A stretch of DNA of 64,000 bases from contig JAPLZC010000010.1 in assembly GCA_026395215.1 (NCBI GenBank), positions 140,150 through 204,149 on the forward strand, read 5' to 3'. The translations under genes and the position numbers were made by a program. Shown piece after piece: positions 28,407 through 37,184 of this stretch. The DNA comes from Candidatus Staskawiczbacteria bacterium. GTDB taxonomy: Bacteria; Patescibacteriota; Minisyncoccia; Minisyncoccales; Staskawiczbacteraceae. The notes beneath the pieces are model-generated. The model saw only the letters and a program-made list of their open reading frames with translations. It made no database searches and was not told where the DNA came from. Each line of letters begins with the position of its first letter. The first letter of the stretch is position 1.

Positions 28407-29360
28407 TTATAATTTTGTAGCAATGACGGTAACTTTTATCTCTCCTTTTTTAAGGTTATCATCTTTTACTGCTCCAAAAATTATCTGAGCTTTAGGATCA
28501 ACGTTTTTTGTTATAATTTTGGCGGCTTCCTGAATTTCATTCAAACTTATATCACTTCCGGAAACCGAGAACAAAACTCCCTTAGCTCCCTTAATGGAAA
28601 AATCCAATAAAGGAGAGCTGATTGCTTTTTCTGCCGCCAAGACTGCACGGTTTTCTCCTATTGCTTTTCCTGCGCCAAATAAAGCCTGCCCTGAATTTTT
28701 CATAATAGACAAAACCGATGCAAAATCAATGTTTATAATTCCGGGAACTAAAATTAAATCAGTAATTGACTGCACAGCCTCTCTTAAAATATCGTCGCAG
28801 ACTAAAAATGCATCTGATACTGTTGTCTTTTCATCTATAACTCCTAAAAGTTTATCATTTGAAATAACTAAAACACAATCAACTTTTTCTCTTAAATTTT
28901 TAAGAGCTAATTCCGCCACTTTTTTTCTTTCAGCTCCTTCAAAAGAAAAAGGAGTTGTGACAACCGCCACAGTTAAAATGCCCAGACCCCTTGAAATCTC
29001 GGCAATAACAGGAGAAGCGCCAGACCCGGTTCCGCCCCCAAGACCACAAGTCACAAAAATCATATCTGCACCTTTTAAATTTTCTGTAATTTCTTGGCTG
29101 GATTCTTCAGCAGACTTCCTGCCCAAATTAGCATCCATTCCGGTGCCAAGTCCTTTGGTAACATCTTTACCAATGAGAATTTTTTTAGGGTACCCTCCTC
29201 TAGGTCCTTTAGAAGAATGAAGAGCTTGGGCATCTGTGTTGACTGCCAACAACTCAACATCTCGGATTTGAAGTCTTGCCTGCCCGCTGAGACGGGCCAT
29301 TCTAGAAATTGTGTTAGACCCAGATCCGCCCACTCCAATAACTTTTATAATCGGATGCAT
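28407..29360 (-). CDS. ftsZ: Cell division protein FtsZ (divergent, tail-less)
   Basis: VIGVGG, NTDAQ, GLGGGTGSGA, PFSFEG, NIDFAS; follows ftsA. Confidence 0.88.
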   Translation of the reverse strand: MHPIIKVIGVGGSGSNTISRMARLSGQARLQIRDVELLAVNTDAQALHSSKGPRGGYPKKILIGKDVTKGLGTGMDANLGRKSAEESSQEITENLKGADMIFVTCGLGGGTGSGASPVIAEISRGLGILTVAVVTTPFSFEGAERKKVAELALKNLREKVDCVLVISNDKLLGVIDEKTTVSDAFLVCDDILREAVQSITDLILVPGIINIDFASVLSIMKNSGQALFGAGKAIGENRAVLAAEKAISSPLLDFSIKGAKGVLFSVSGSDISLNEIQEAAKIITKNVDPKAQIIFGAVKDDNLKKGEIKVTVIATKL

Positions 29361-29368
29361 AATAACGC

Positions 29369-30592
29369 CTAGGGTTTAAAAGCTCTGAGAATTTTTTTAA
29401 ATATAGAGCTTATTTTCCCGGCACCTCCCAGTATACCTTCTTCTGCGCCAGAATCAACCCCCTCTAAAGCCAAACCAACAACTGTTGCTAAAGCAGGGTC
29501 ATCTTGCAGACCAATAATTCCTTTAGGTGTCCCAATTTCACACGATAATTTTAATATCTCTTTTGTAAGTTCTTTAATTTTTGGAATTTTAGCTCCTCCG
29601 CCAGTTAAAACAACTCCACCGGGCAACAACTCCTGCCTGTTTATTTTTTTTAATTCCTTTTGTACCAAATCCAAAATCTCAGAAACCCTTGGCTCAATAA
29701 TATCTACTAAGTCTTTTTTTGTAAAATCTATGGTTGATGACCGATCAAAAACTTCAATTTTTTTCTTTGATTGGTTTTTCTGATCTTTTTCCGTTTTAGC
29801 AAACATACAGGTGCCGTGCTGTTTTTTTATTGCTTCGGCAATTGCAACTTCTGTTTTTAGCCCGATAGCAATGTCATTTGTAATGTTGGCTGACCCAATT
29901 GGAAAAATAGCCAAGTGCATCAGCTGTCCTTCTTCAAAAACTGCCAATGATGTTGTAGCCGCCCCAATGTCAATTAAAGCTACTCCCAATTCTTTTTGCT
30001 GAGAAGTCAAAACAGCATTGGCGGCTGCTAAAGGAGATGGAATAACATCATTTATTTGTAATTTTGAGTTTAAAACAGCCTGGGTCAAGTTTGTAAAATA
30101 TGGTTGAAAATAGCAAAGCAATAAAACTTTTGCTTCCAATCTTATGCCGGTCAAGTTTTCTGGCTCTTTTATGCCTTTTTGATCATCAATAATAAATTCT
30201 CTTGGAATGACATCAAGTATTTCATCATTCTTTGACGCAATATTTATTGCCCTGGTTGCCTGCAAAACTCTTTCAACATCTTCCTTAGAAATTCTCTGGT
30301 CGGCTCTGGAAACAGAAATTATTCCGTCCGATGGAGTAACATAAAGATGATTTCCTCCAATATTCACAAAAGCAGAACTAATTCTTCTATTGCAATCTTT
30401 TTCTATGCCCGACACTATCATCTGCACATTTTTTGCCGTTTCTTCTATATTTACTACCGCTCCTTTTCTAAGCCCAAAAGACGGCATTTCTGCATAAGAT
30501 AAAACTTCCCAATCACTTCCTTTTTTTTGAGCCACAAGTGCTTTAATGCTATGTGTCCCAATATCCAAACCTGTAATAATATTACTCTTCAT
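29369..30592 (-). CDS. ftsA: Cell division protein FtsA
   Basis: GLDIGT, DIGAATT, VLTGGGAK. Confidence 0.95.
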   Translation of the reverse strand: MKSNIITGLDIGTHSIKALVAQKKGSDWEVLSYAEMPSFGLRKGAVVNIEETAKNVQMIVSGIEKDCNRRISSAFVNIGGNHLYVTPSDGIISVSRADQRISKEDVERVLQATRAINIASKNDEILDVIPREFIIDDQKGIKEPENLTGIRLEAKVLLLCYFQPYFTNLTQAVLNSKLQINDVIPSPLAAANAVLTSQQKELGVALIDIGAATTSLAVFEEGQLMHLAIFPIGSANITNDIAIGLKTEVAIAEAIKKQHGTCMFAKTEKDQKNQSKKKIEVFDRSSTIDFTKKDLVDIIEPRVSEILDLVQKELKKINRQELLPGGVVLTGGGAKIPKIKELTKEILKLSCEIGTPKGIIGLQDDPALATVVGLALEGVDSGAEEGILGGAGKISSIFKKILRAFKP

Positions 30593-30618
30593 CGCAAATT
30601 TTTAAATTTTTCTAATTT

Positions 30619-31008
30619 TTAAATTTTAAAATATTCTTTCTCTTTTGCTTCCATGATTTCAGCTTCTCTTTTAGACTTTTCGTGATCATATCCGCACAGA
30701 TGCAAAATTCCATGTACAAAAACTTTTACAATATCTTCTTTTTTTTCCTTAACAACTTCCGGACATATTATAACTTCCCCTAAATAACTTTTTTCATTTA
30801 TATTAAACGAAAGAACGTCTGTCGGCTTATTCTTTTTGCGAAATTTTTTGTTAAGCTCTTTTATCTCTGCTTTATCAACAAAAGCCAGAGAAACTGTTTG
30901 TGTTAATCTATTTTCGCCTTTTAATACAATTTTTGCAACTGTGGAAAAAACTTTTTTATCCACACCGCCAAAAGCACATCCCTTTGCGAGATTATTTATT
31001 TCAATCAT
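30619..31008 (-). CDS. ybeY: rRNA maturation endoribonuclease YbeY
   Basis: PTDVLSF, HGILHLCGYDH. Confidence 0.95.
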   Translation of the reverse strand: MIEINNLAKGCAFGGVDKKVFSTVAKIVLKGENRLTQTVSLAFVDKAEIKELNKKFRKKNKPTDVLSFNINEKSYLGEVIICPEVVKEKKEDIVKVFVHGILHLCGYDHEKSKREAEIMEAKEKEYFKI

Positions 31009-31070
31009 ATTATTATTTTATTTTACACTATTTTTGGCGTAAAACAAAACCCCGCTAACGGGGCTTGAAT

Positions 31071-31538
31071 TTATTGAGCTAATAGTTCTTTCACTATCTT
31101 TGAAACTTCTCCGCCGTCGGCCTTACCTTTTACTTTTGGACTTAAATCGGCCATTACTTTTCCCATATCTTTTATACTTGCAGCTCCGGTGCTGGCAATA
31201 GACTCTGCGACCAATTTTTTGATATCTTCAGTCGAAAGTTGAGCCGGCAGATATTTTATCAAAACTTCTATCTCCTTCTTTTCCCGGTCAGCTAACTCTG
31301 GTCTATTACCTTGTGTGTACAAAGCAATGGCATCTTTTCTTTTTTTAATTTCAGAAGATATTGTTTCAAGTATCTGTTCGTCGGTTAATTGAGCTTCTCC
31401 TTCTATTTTTTCTTTAAACTTTTTCTCTTTTTCTTTAGCCTGTACTGAAGCCAACAACATACGTAAAGTCCCAACAACAAAACTGTCTTTGCTTTTCAGG
31501 GCTTCAGTGGTAGCAATTTGGATGGTTTGCTTTAACAT
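31071..31538 (-). CDS. GatB/YqeY domain protein
   Basis: KKRKDAI..Y...R.EL...E, YLPAQL, DMGKVM, ADGG. Confidence 0.9.
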   Translation of the reverse strand: MLKQTIQIATTEALKSKDSFVVGTLRMLLASVQAKEKEKKFKEKIEGEAQLTDEQILETISSEIKKRKDAIALYTQGNRPELADREKKEIEVLIKYLPAQLSTEDIKKLVAESIASTGAASIKDMGKVMADLSPKVKGKADGGEVSKIVKELLAQ

Positions 31539-31551
31539 GATTTTAAACAAA

Positions 31552-31643
31552 TTTTCACGGACAAATTACGGATTTTCACAAATCACAGATGTTTCGTATT
31601 TGTGATCTGTGCAAATCTGTTTTCAAATCTGTGTAAATCTGTC
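31552..31643. repeat. Short-period repeat / inverted-repeat tract between rpsU and the YqeY gene
   Basis: Repeated aaatctgt units; acaaatcacagat...atttgtgatctgt inverted repeat. Confidence 0.55.
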
Positions 31644-31658
31644 AGCGAACGAAGTGAG

Positions 31659-31877
31659 CTATTTTGGTTTGGCCAATTTATCGGCCATTATTTTCTCAGC
31701 TTTTTTGACAACTCTATTTAAGGCAGATCTCTTGTTTGCCAAGTCTGATTTTGCTCTTTTGAAAAATCTGTTTTTCCTCAATTCAAGCAAAATGCCCGAT
31801 TGACGCACAGTTTTTGTAAACCTGTGCACCAAGTTTTGCGAAGTTTCTCTTTCTTTTTTTGTAACTTGTACTGGCAT
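31659..31877 (-). CDS. rpsU: 30S ribosomal protein S21
   Basis: VTKKERETSQNLVHRFTKTVRQSGIL; basic, 72 aa; upstream of YqeY. Confidence 0.75.
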   Translation of the reverse strand: MPVQVTKKERETSQNLVHRFTKTVRQSGILLELRKNRFFKRAKSDLANKRSALNRVVKKAEKIMADKLAKPK

Positions 31878-31888
31878 GATAATATAAT

Positions 31889-31968
31889 ACTAATCTACAA
31901 ATCTTATACTAATCTACAAAAATACGAATTCGTGTTTCCGTAGATTAGAATATTTTCCGTAGATTAGT
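31889..31968. repeat. Doubled inverted repeat around a central palindrome
   Basis: actaatctacaa x2, acgaattcgt, tttccgtagattag x2. Confidence 0.7.
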
Positions 31969-31974
31969 GTTTTG

Positions 31975-33258
31975 TTAGTTTTTTACTTTTTCCTTCATTT
32001 CTTCTACGACCTTGTCGAGTTTAATTTCTTTTTGAACACCTGTTTCCATGTCCCTCAAAGTTATAAACTCTTCTAATGCTTCTTTTTGCCCAAAAATCAA
32101 AACCCATTTTATATTCATTTTGTTTGCGGTTCTTAATTGGGCTTTTAAAGAATCCTTTGAAAATGATTCTGCTACAGGAATTTTTGCGTCTCTGAATTCC
32201 TCAAATAATTTCATACTTTTCCTTTTTGCTAACTGTCCTAACTGCGCTAAAAATATCTTCGGCTCTTCCTCTTTTTTACCAGTTTTCATTTCCCGCGATT
32301 TCATTAAAGAAACAATTCTTTCAATACCAGCTGCCGAACCGCAGGCTGGCACATCTCTTCCGCCCAGCATTTTAGACAAATTGTCATATCTCCCTCCCCC
32401 GGCCAAGGAGCCTAGCGCTTTCCCGTCTTCCGATGTTTCTACAATTTCAAAAACTGTTTTAGTGTAATAGTCCAACCCACGAACCAAATAAGGATTCAAT
32501 GTATATGGTAATTCCAATTCGTCCAAAAATTCCAAAACCTCTTTAAAGTGACCATGGCAACTTTCACAAAGGTGGTCTAATATTTGCGGGGCTCCAGCTT
32601 TTACGCGCTGGCATTTTTCTTCTTTGCAGTCTAAAATTCTCAGTGGATTTTCTTTAAGCCTTCTCTGGCAGTCTCCACACAAGGACGAACGTTTTGATTT
32701 TAAATAACTTGTCAGAATTTTTTTAAAATATGGCCTGCACTCCGAATCTCCAATTGAATTTACTTCAATTGTTAAATTTTTAAATCCCAACTCTTTTAAA
32801 ACGTCATAGCTCATCTGAATTGTCTGGCCATCAATTGACGGGCTGGCTTCCCCAATTGCCTCAAAGCCAAATTGATGAAACTGTCTAAACCTTCCTGCCT
32901 GCGGTCTTTCATATCTGAAAAACGGACCCATATACCAAAGCTTTACGGGCTGAGGCAAGTTGTGCATTCCATGCTCTAAATAACTTCGCATAACCGGAGC
33001 TGTTCCTTCTGGTCTCAAAGAAACCAAATCTCCGCCCTTTGTTCTAAAGGTGTACATTTCTTTGCCAATAATGTCTGTGTCATTGCCAACTGCTTTTTGA
33101 AAAACTTCGGCAAACTCTAAAATAGGAGTTTCAATTTTTTCAAAAGTATAAGAATTGGCAACAGACTCAACTACCTTTTGGACTCTTTTAAAATATATCT
33201 GGTCCTCGGGCAAAACATCGTGCATCCCGGTTAAAGTTTGATAATTTATTTTACTCAT
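31975..33258 (-). CDS. hisS: Histidine--tRNA ligase
   Basis: LRPEGTA, FRYERPQAGRFRQFHQ, LVRGLDYY, GGGRYD. Confidence 0.96.
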   Translation of the reverse strand: MSKINYQTLTGMHDVLPEDQIYFKRVQKVVESVANSYTFEKIETPILEFAEVFQKAVGNDTDIIGKEMYTFRTKGGDLVSLRPEGTAPVMRSYLEHGMHNLPQPVKLWYMGPFFRYERPQAGRFRQFHQFGFEAIGEASPSIDGQTIQMSYDVLKELGFKNLTIEVNSIGDSECRPYFKKILTSYLKSKRSSLCGDCQRRLKENPLRILDCKEEKCQRVKAGAPQILDHLCESCHGHFKEVLEFLDELELPYTLNPYLVRGLDYYTKTVFEIVETSEDGKALGSLAGGGRYDNLSKMLGGRDVPACGSAAGIERIVSLMKSREMKTGKKEEEPKIFLAQLGQLAKRKSMKLFEEFRDAKIPVAESFSKDSLKAQLRTANKMNIKWVLIFGQKEALEEFITLRDMETGVQKEIKLDKVVEEMKEKVKN

Positions 33259-33833
33259 TTTATTATTTTAATTTCATTTATTGGCAGAAGCCTTAATGAC
33301 GCTTTACCAACTACTTGATTTTTTGGCACAACCCCCCAATATCTTGAATCATACGAATATTGTCTGTTATCTCCCATAACAAAATACTGATTGGCGGACA
33401 GCGTAATTTCTTTATCTTGGTAGGTCTTCATATCACCAGGCAAATACTTTTCGTCTAAAACTGTTGTTTTGCCGTCTTTTGTTATTTGGACCTGTCCATT
33501 TGACACGTTAACTGTTTCACCCGGAACCCCAATAATTCTCTTAATGAATCTCTGGCCACTGTATCCTTCTATAAACCCAGCGTTAAAGACAATCACATCT
33601 CCTCTCTGCGGTTCTGAAAATCTGTAGGAGATTTCATCAATAATTAAATAATTTCCGTTCTGAAGGTTAGGCATCATTGATTCTCCACTTACAATAAATG
33701 GCTGAAACAAGAAATATCTTATTGGAGCCACTATAACAAAAGCAATAACGGCTATTTTAACCAGTTCCCAAACAAACGACAAAAATTTATTTGCCTGTGG
33801 CTTTGCTTCTGCGTCTTTACTTTCCTCCATCAT
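33255..33833 (-). CDS. lepB: Signal peptidase I
   Basis: SGESMMPNL, FIKRIIG, GDNRQYSYDSR. Confidence 0.95.
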   Translation of the reverse strand: MMEESKDAEAKPQANKFLSFVWELVKIAVIAFVIVAPIRYFLFQPFIVSGESMMPNLQNGNYLIIDEISYRFSEPQRGDVIVFNAGFIEGYSGQRFIKRIIGVPGETVNVSNGQVQITKDGKTTVLDEKYLPGDMKTYQDKEITLSANQYFVMGDNRQYSYDSRYWGVVPKNQVVGKASLRLLPINEIKIIK

Positions 33834-33900
33834 ACTTTAAGATATTATCACGTTTTTTAAGTAATTGCAAGATGTAAAGAAAGTGCTATAATAACAAAAC

Positions 33901-34479
33901 ATGACAATAATTATTGGGTTAGGTAACCCCGGAAAAAAATTCGAGAACACTCGCCACAATGTTGGCTTTACCGCGATCGATAAAATCGCCGCGAATTTTC
34001 AATTTCCAATTTTTAATTTTCAATCAAGCTTCAATGCCGAAATTTCTCAAGGCGAAATTGCAAATAAAAAAGCCTTGCTGGTCAAACCGCAAACATTTAT
34101 GAATGATTCGGGAAAGTCTGTAAAAAAAATACTGTCGAAAAACAGAGACCAAGTTTCAGATATAATCGTCATCCATGATGATATAGACCTAGAAATCGGA
34201 AAAATAAAAATCATCAAAGAGCGAGGTAGCGCCGGCCATAAAGGAGTAGAATCAATAATCAAAGCCATCGGAAACGAAGGCTTAGTGAGATTCCGTATAG
34301 GCATTGGTGAGCGGACCCATGGACCGGTCCACGGGTCCAAGAAAGCTATGCAAATTGTCTTAAAAAAATTCACAACCGAAGAACAAAAAACAATAACCGA
34401 AACAATAATAAAAACCGCTGATGCTCTCAATTCATTTGTCACCGATGGCCTAGAAAAGACAATGAATAAATTCAATTAA
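33901..34479 (+). CDS. pth: Peptidyl-tRNA hydrolase
   Basis: GLGNPG, TRHNVG, KPQTFMN, HDDID, GHKG; divergent promoter TTGCAA..TATAAT upstream. Confidence 0.95.
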   Translation: MTIIIGLGNPGKKFENTRHNVGFTAIDKIAANFQFPIFNFQSSFNAEISQGEIANKKALLVKPQTFMNDSGKSVKKILSKNRDQVSDIIVIHDDIDLEIGKIKIIKERGSAGHKGVESIIKAIGNEGLVRFRIGIGERTHGPVHGSKKAMQIVLKKFTTEEQKTITETIIKTADALNSFVTDGLEKTMNKFN

Positions 34480-35455
34480 AAATTTTTACAACTTCCAGCT
34501 GAATCATTTTAGTATTCCCGTGTTTCAGAAGTCCTAAATAAGAATTCAACGTTTCAATACTTGAATTCTTTTTTATTCTATCAAACATTTTGTTCTTAGT
34601 CTTGTTTCTCAGAACTCTATGGTCATAATAATTAACCCAGCCGAGAAAATCCATACCGGAATATAGTGTTTTAATAAAGACTTTGTCAGGATGCAAAATA
34701 AGTTTTAGTTTGTTTTGTAAATATAGTTTTGTTACTAAAACCATATTTTCTAAATACTTTTTACTATCTGATAAAATAACAAAATCATCTGCATAACGAA
34801 TATAGTGTTTTACTTTTAGTTTATGTTTTACAAAATGATCAAACTCGTTTAAATAGATATTAGAAAAAAGTTGAGAAGTTAAATTGCCGAGGGGTAAACC
34901 GTTCGGCTTAAAGCTGAAAGTTATTTCTTTTAATAAATTGATAATATTTTTGTCTAAAATATGTTCTCTTAAAATATCTATCAAAATATTCTGATTTATA
35001 CTGGCGAAAAACTTTTTGATATCGCATTTTAAAACCCAGCAAGTTTTAGTGTTATTTTTTGAAACGATATATGCAAATTCTCTAAATCTATTTATGGCTT
35101 TGTGTGTGCCCTTGTTATTTCTGCAGGAGAACGAGTCAGAAATAAAAGTTCTATCAAAAAATGGATATAATATACGATAGATGGCTCGATGCAAAAGCCG
35201 GTCTCTTACGCTGGCTTTATGGATTATTCTCGGCTTTGGGTCGTTAATTTTAAAACATTCATATCCGCCATGTTTGTATGTGTTATTCTTTAAATCATTA
35301 TGTAATGATAATATATTATCCATCAGGTTAAACTGAAACTCTTGAACGTCTTTTTTATTTCGTTTCCCTTTCAAAAACTCCAGCCAAGCTAAAAGCAAAT
35401 TATCAATACTAACTAAATCATCAAATTTATGACACAGAATACTTTTCATAATCAA
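34472..35455 (-). CDS. DGR reverse transcriptase
   Basis: KPRII...RDRLLH, KGTHKA, KCDIKKFF, GLPLGNLTSQLFSNIYL, YIRYADD, DFLG; 327 aa, no maturase or RNase H. Confidence 0.95.
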   Translation of the reverse strand: MIMKSILCHKFDDLVSIDNLLLAWLEFLKGKRNKKDVQEFQFNLMDNILSLHNDLKNNTYKHGGYECFKINDPKPRIIHKASVRDRLLHRAIYRILYPFFDRTFISDSFSCRNNKGTHKAINRFREFAYIVSKNNTKTCWVLKCDIKKFFASINQNILIDILREHILDKNIINLLKEITFSFKPNGLPLGNLTSQLFSNIYLNEFDHFVKHKLKVKHYIRYADDFVILSDSKKYLENMVLVTKLYLQNKLKLILHPDKVFIKTLYSGMDFLGWVNYYDHRVLRNKTKNKMFDRIKKNSSIETLNSYLGLLKHGNTKMIQLEVVKIFN

Positions 35456-35836
35456 AATAATTATTCCTCTAATCCCCCAAAACTCTTACCTGTTTTAGAG
35501 AAAATTAAAAGTGCTTATCTTTTTTGGTACCAACACTATTTGATTATACCGAAAACGCATAGATATTCTTTGGGAGAAAAAATAGACAAATTTTTTGTTG
35601 AAACACTTGAAGCAATAATTACGGCGAGTTTTTTAAGTCAAAATGAAAAGTTACCTTATGTGCGTTTAGCAATCAGAAAAATAGACACTTTAAAAATATT
35701 TCTAATGCTTCTTTGGGAGACAAAATCTTTTGACAATAAAAAATATATCGCCCTCTCATTAAAATTAGACGAAATCGGGAAAAATCTTGGCGGGTGGTGC
35801 GGACAAATATTAAAACAAAACTCTCTCAAAAAGTGA
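35429..35836 (+). CDS. avd: Avd-like accessory variability determinant (four-helix bundle)
   Basis: IPKTHRYSLGEKID...LDEIGKNLGGW; basic, 135 aa; adjacent to DGR RT. Confidence 0.85.
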   Translation: MTQNTFHNQNNYSSNPPKLLPVLEKIKSAYLFWYQHYLIIPKTHRYSLGEKIDKFFVETLEAIITASFLSQNEKLPYVRLAIRKIDTLKIFLMLLWETKSFDNKKYIALSLKLDEIGKNLGGWCGQILKQNSLKK

Positions 35837-35853
35837 GCGAGGAATGAAAAGAG

Positions 35854-35985
35854 TTGCGAGCAGGCAGCCAGATTGCCACCATTCCAGTCATTGCTGAGCC
35901 AGTTGTAGTTCCAGTTCCACTTGCCATCATCATCACGATAGACATACAGTACGTTACGGTTGCCGTTAGGGTTCAGAATGATTTC
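35854..35985 (-). repeat. DGR template repeat (TR)
   Basis: Matches 36366-36497; AAY-rich, conceptually reading IILNPNGNRNVLYVYRDDDGKWNWNYNWLSNDWNGGNLAACSQ. Confidence 0.95.
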
Positions 35986-36203
35986 ACAAAATACCGTCTA
36001 TACCACCACCCTTTGAATACTCTTGGGGTTGAATCGGATTCGGTATCGTAATACCCTAGTATTTTGTGCCAAGTATTTTCATTTTTTGAAGTATTTATAC
36101 ACCCTCCGTCTGAATCCTTGAACGCAGACGCTCTCAGCGTATGAACACTGGATTCGGTAGCAGGAAACCGTGATCTCCCGCATATTCGCCTAATACCGCT
36201 TAT

Positions 36204-36212
36204 ATTTTATCA
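36204..36212 (-). promoter_or_regulatory. Putative extended -10 promoter for the TR RNA
   Basis: TGATAAAAT on the minus strand just past the target-gene terminator. Confidence 0.45.
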
Positions 36213-36226
36213 TAAATTAAAATATT

Positions 36227-36258
36227 AAAAAACCGGACACCATACTATGTATGTCCGG
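36227..36258 (-). terminator. Intrinsic terminator of the DGR target gene
   Basis: CCGGACA/TGTCCGG stem followed by a T-run on the minus strand. Confidence 0.65.
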
Positions 36259-36346
36259 CAAAGTTTGTGCTGTTCCAAACAGCGTTTTGTGGAAAATACC
36301 ACGATTGTTCTAAGGGCAAAGGATTTCAGGCCAAGACCTAATTTCC

Positions 36347-36361
36347 AAGTCCTAAGGACTT
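36347..36361. other. Hairpin/cruciform immediately 3' of VR, overlapping the stop codon
   Basis: AAGTCC-TAA-GGACTT, in the position of DGR target-recognition hairpins; absent after TR. Confidence 0.55.
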
Positions 36362-37004
36362 ATACTTGCGAGCAGGCAGCCAGATTGCCACCATCCCAGT
36401 CATTGCCGAGCCAGTCGTAGTCCCAGTGCCACTCGCCATCATCATCACGATAGACATACAGTACGCTACGGTCGCCGTCAGGGCTCAGAATGACATCGCC
36501 GAGGAAGGCGATGAAAGTTGTGCCATTCTGCTGGTACAACTTCTCCAGAACGCTTTCTGTCTTACGCGCCTGATAGTCCTGCCACAAGCCCATAAAGACC
36601 GTGGCTCCGTAGCGGATGGCTCCAGAGGCCTTCAGCCTTGCCAACTTCTCTTCCCCCTTGATTGGGGTTTCACCCTCTTTCAGGGAGGAGGTGAAGTTTG
36701 CCGAACCCAAGTCCACTTCGGTGAGGGCCACGGAAACCTTGTCCTGATCTTTTTGGACAATACTCCAGCCTTTGCCGAGGAACTTGATTGGGTCGAACGG
36801 AGCCGTGGCAAACTTGAGACCGCCGAAGATGAAATTCATACCGTTCTTAATGAACGCTGTCATCCTCCGCCCGATTTCCTCCGGTGGCAGACTGATCACA
36901 TTCGCCTGAAGTTTTTCTCCGTCGATTTGTTGCCAGTCGATCAGGGTTCCATTCCCGCACCGATTGATAACCTCGAAAGCTTGATTCTGTGTTACGACTT
37001 TCAT
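36360..37004 (-). CDS. DGR target (variable) protein, probable C-type-lectin fold, no signal peptide
   Basis: C-terminal VR; AAGGAAGG SD; GC-richer than RT. Confidence 0.9.
   Translation of the reverse strand: MKVVTQNQAFEVINRCGNGTLIDWQQIDGEKLQANVISLPPEEIGRRMTAFIKNGMNFIFGGLKFATAPFDPIKFLGKGWSIVQKDQDKVSVALTEVDLGSANFTSSLKEGETPIKGEEKLARLKASGAIRYGATVFMGLWQDYQARKTESVLEKLYQQNGTTFIAFLGDVILSPDGDRSVLYVYRDDDGEWHWDYDWLGNDWDGGNLAACSQV
36366..36497 (-). repeat. DGR variable repeat (VR)
   Basis: 12 mismatches vs TR over 132 bp, all at TR adenines (10 A>G, 1 A>C, 1 A>T). Confidence 0.95.
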
Positions 37005-37184
37005 GACACTATCCTTCCTTCGTTTTGCCGACTTTTATTTCCTCACCACCCGGTGAAAAAACTCTATCGGCGTCTGTGCTATGGCGTTTTGCCACACCAG
37101 AAAATTGTTTATTTCTAAACCGCTTTCTGGCATGGCAAAAATAAGTATCTTGTGCTGTAAATGTGCTAATTCGCTATATTATTA

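Noticed and set aside
31552-31968. Possible CRISPR array
   Set aside because: Units are 8-14 nt, partly inverted, with no unique 30-40 nt spacers
34472-35455. RT as a group II intron, retron or Abi RT
   Set aside because: LGNLTSQ motif, short length, no maturase domain, adjacent Avd and TR/VR pair all indicate a DGR
35854-36051. Plus-strand ORFs 35854-36051 and 36366-37118 with near-identical N-termini (MRAGSQIATIPVIAEP)
   Set aside because: Antisense shadows of the TR/VR repeat; the adenine-specific pattern and SD identify the minus strand as functional
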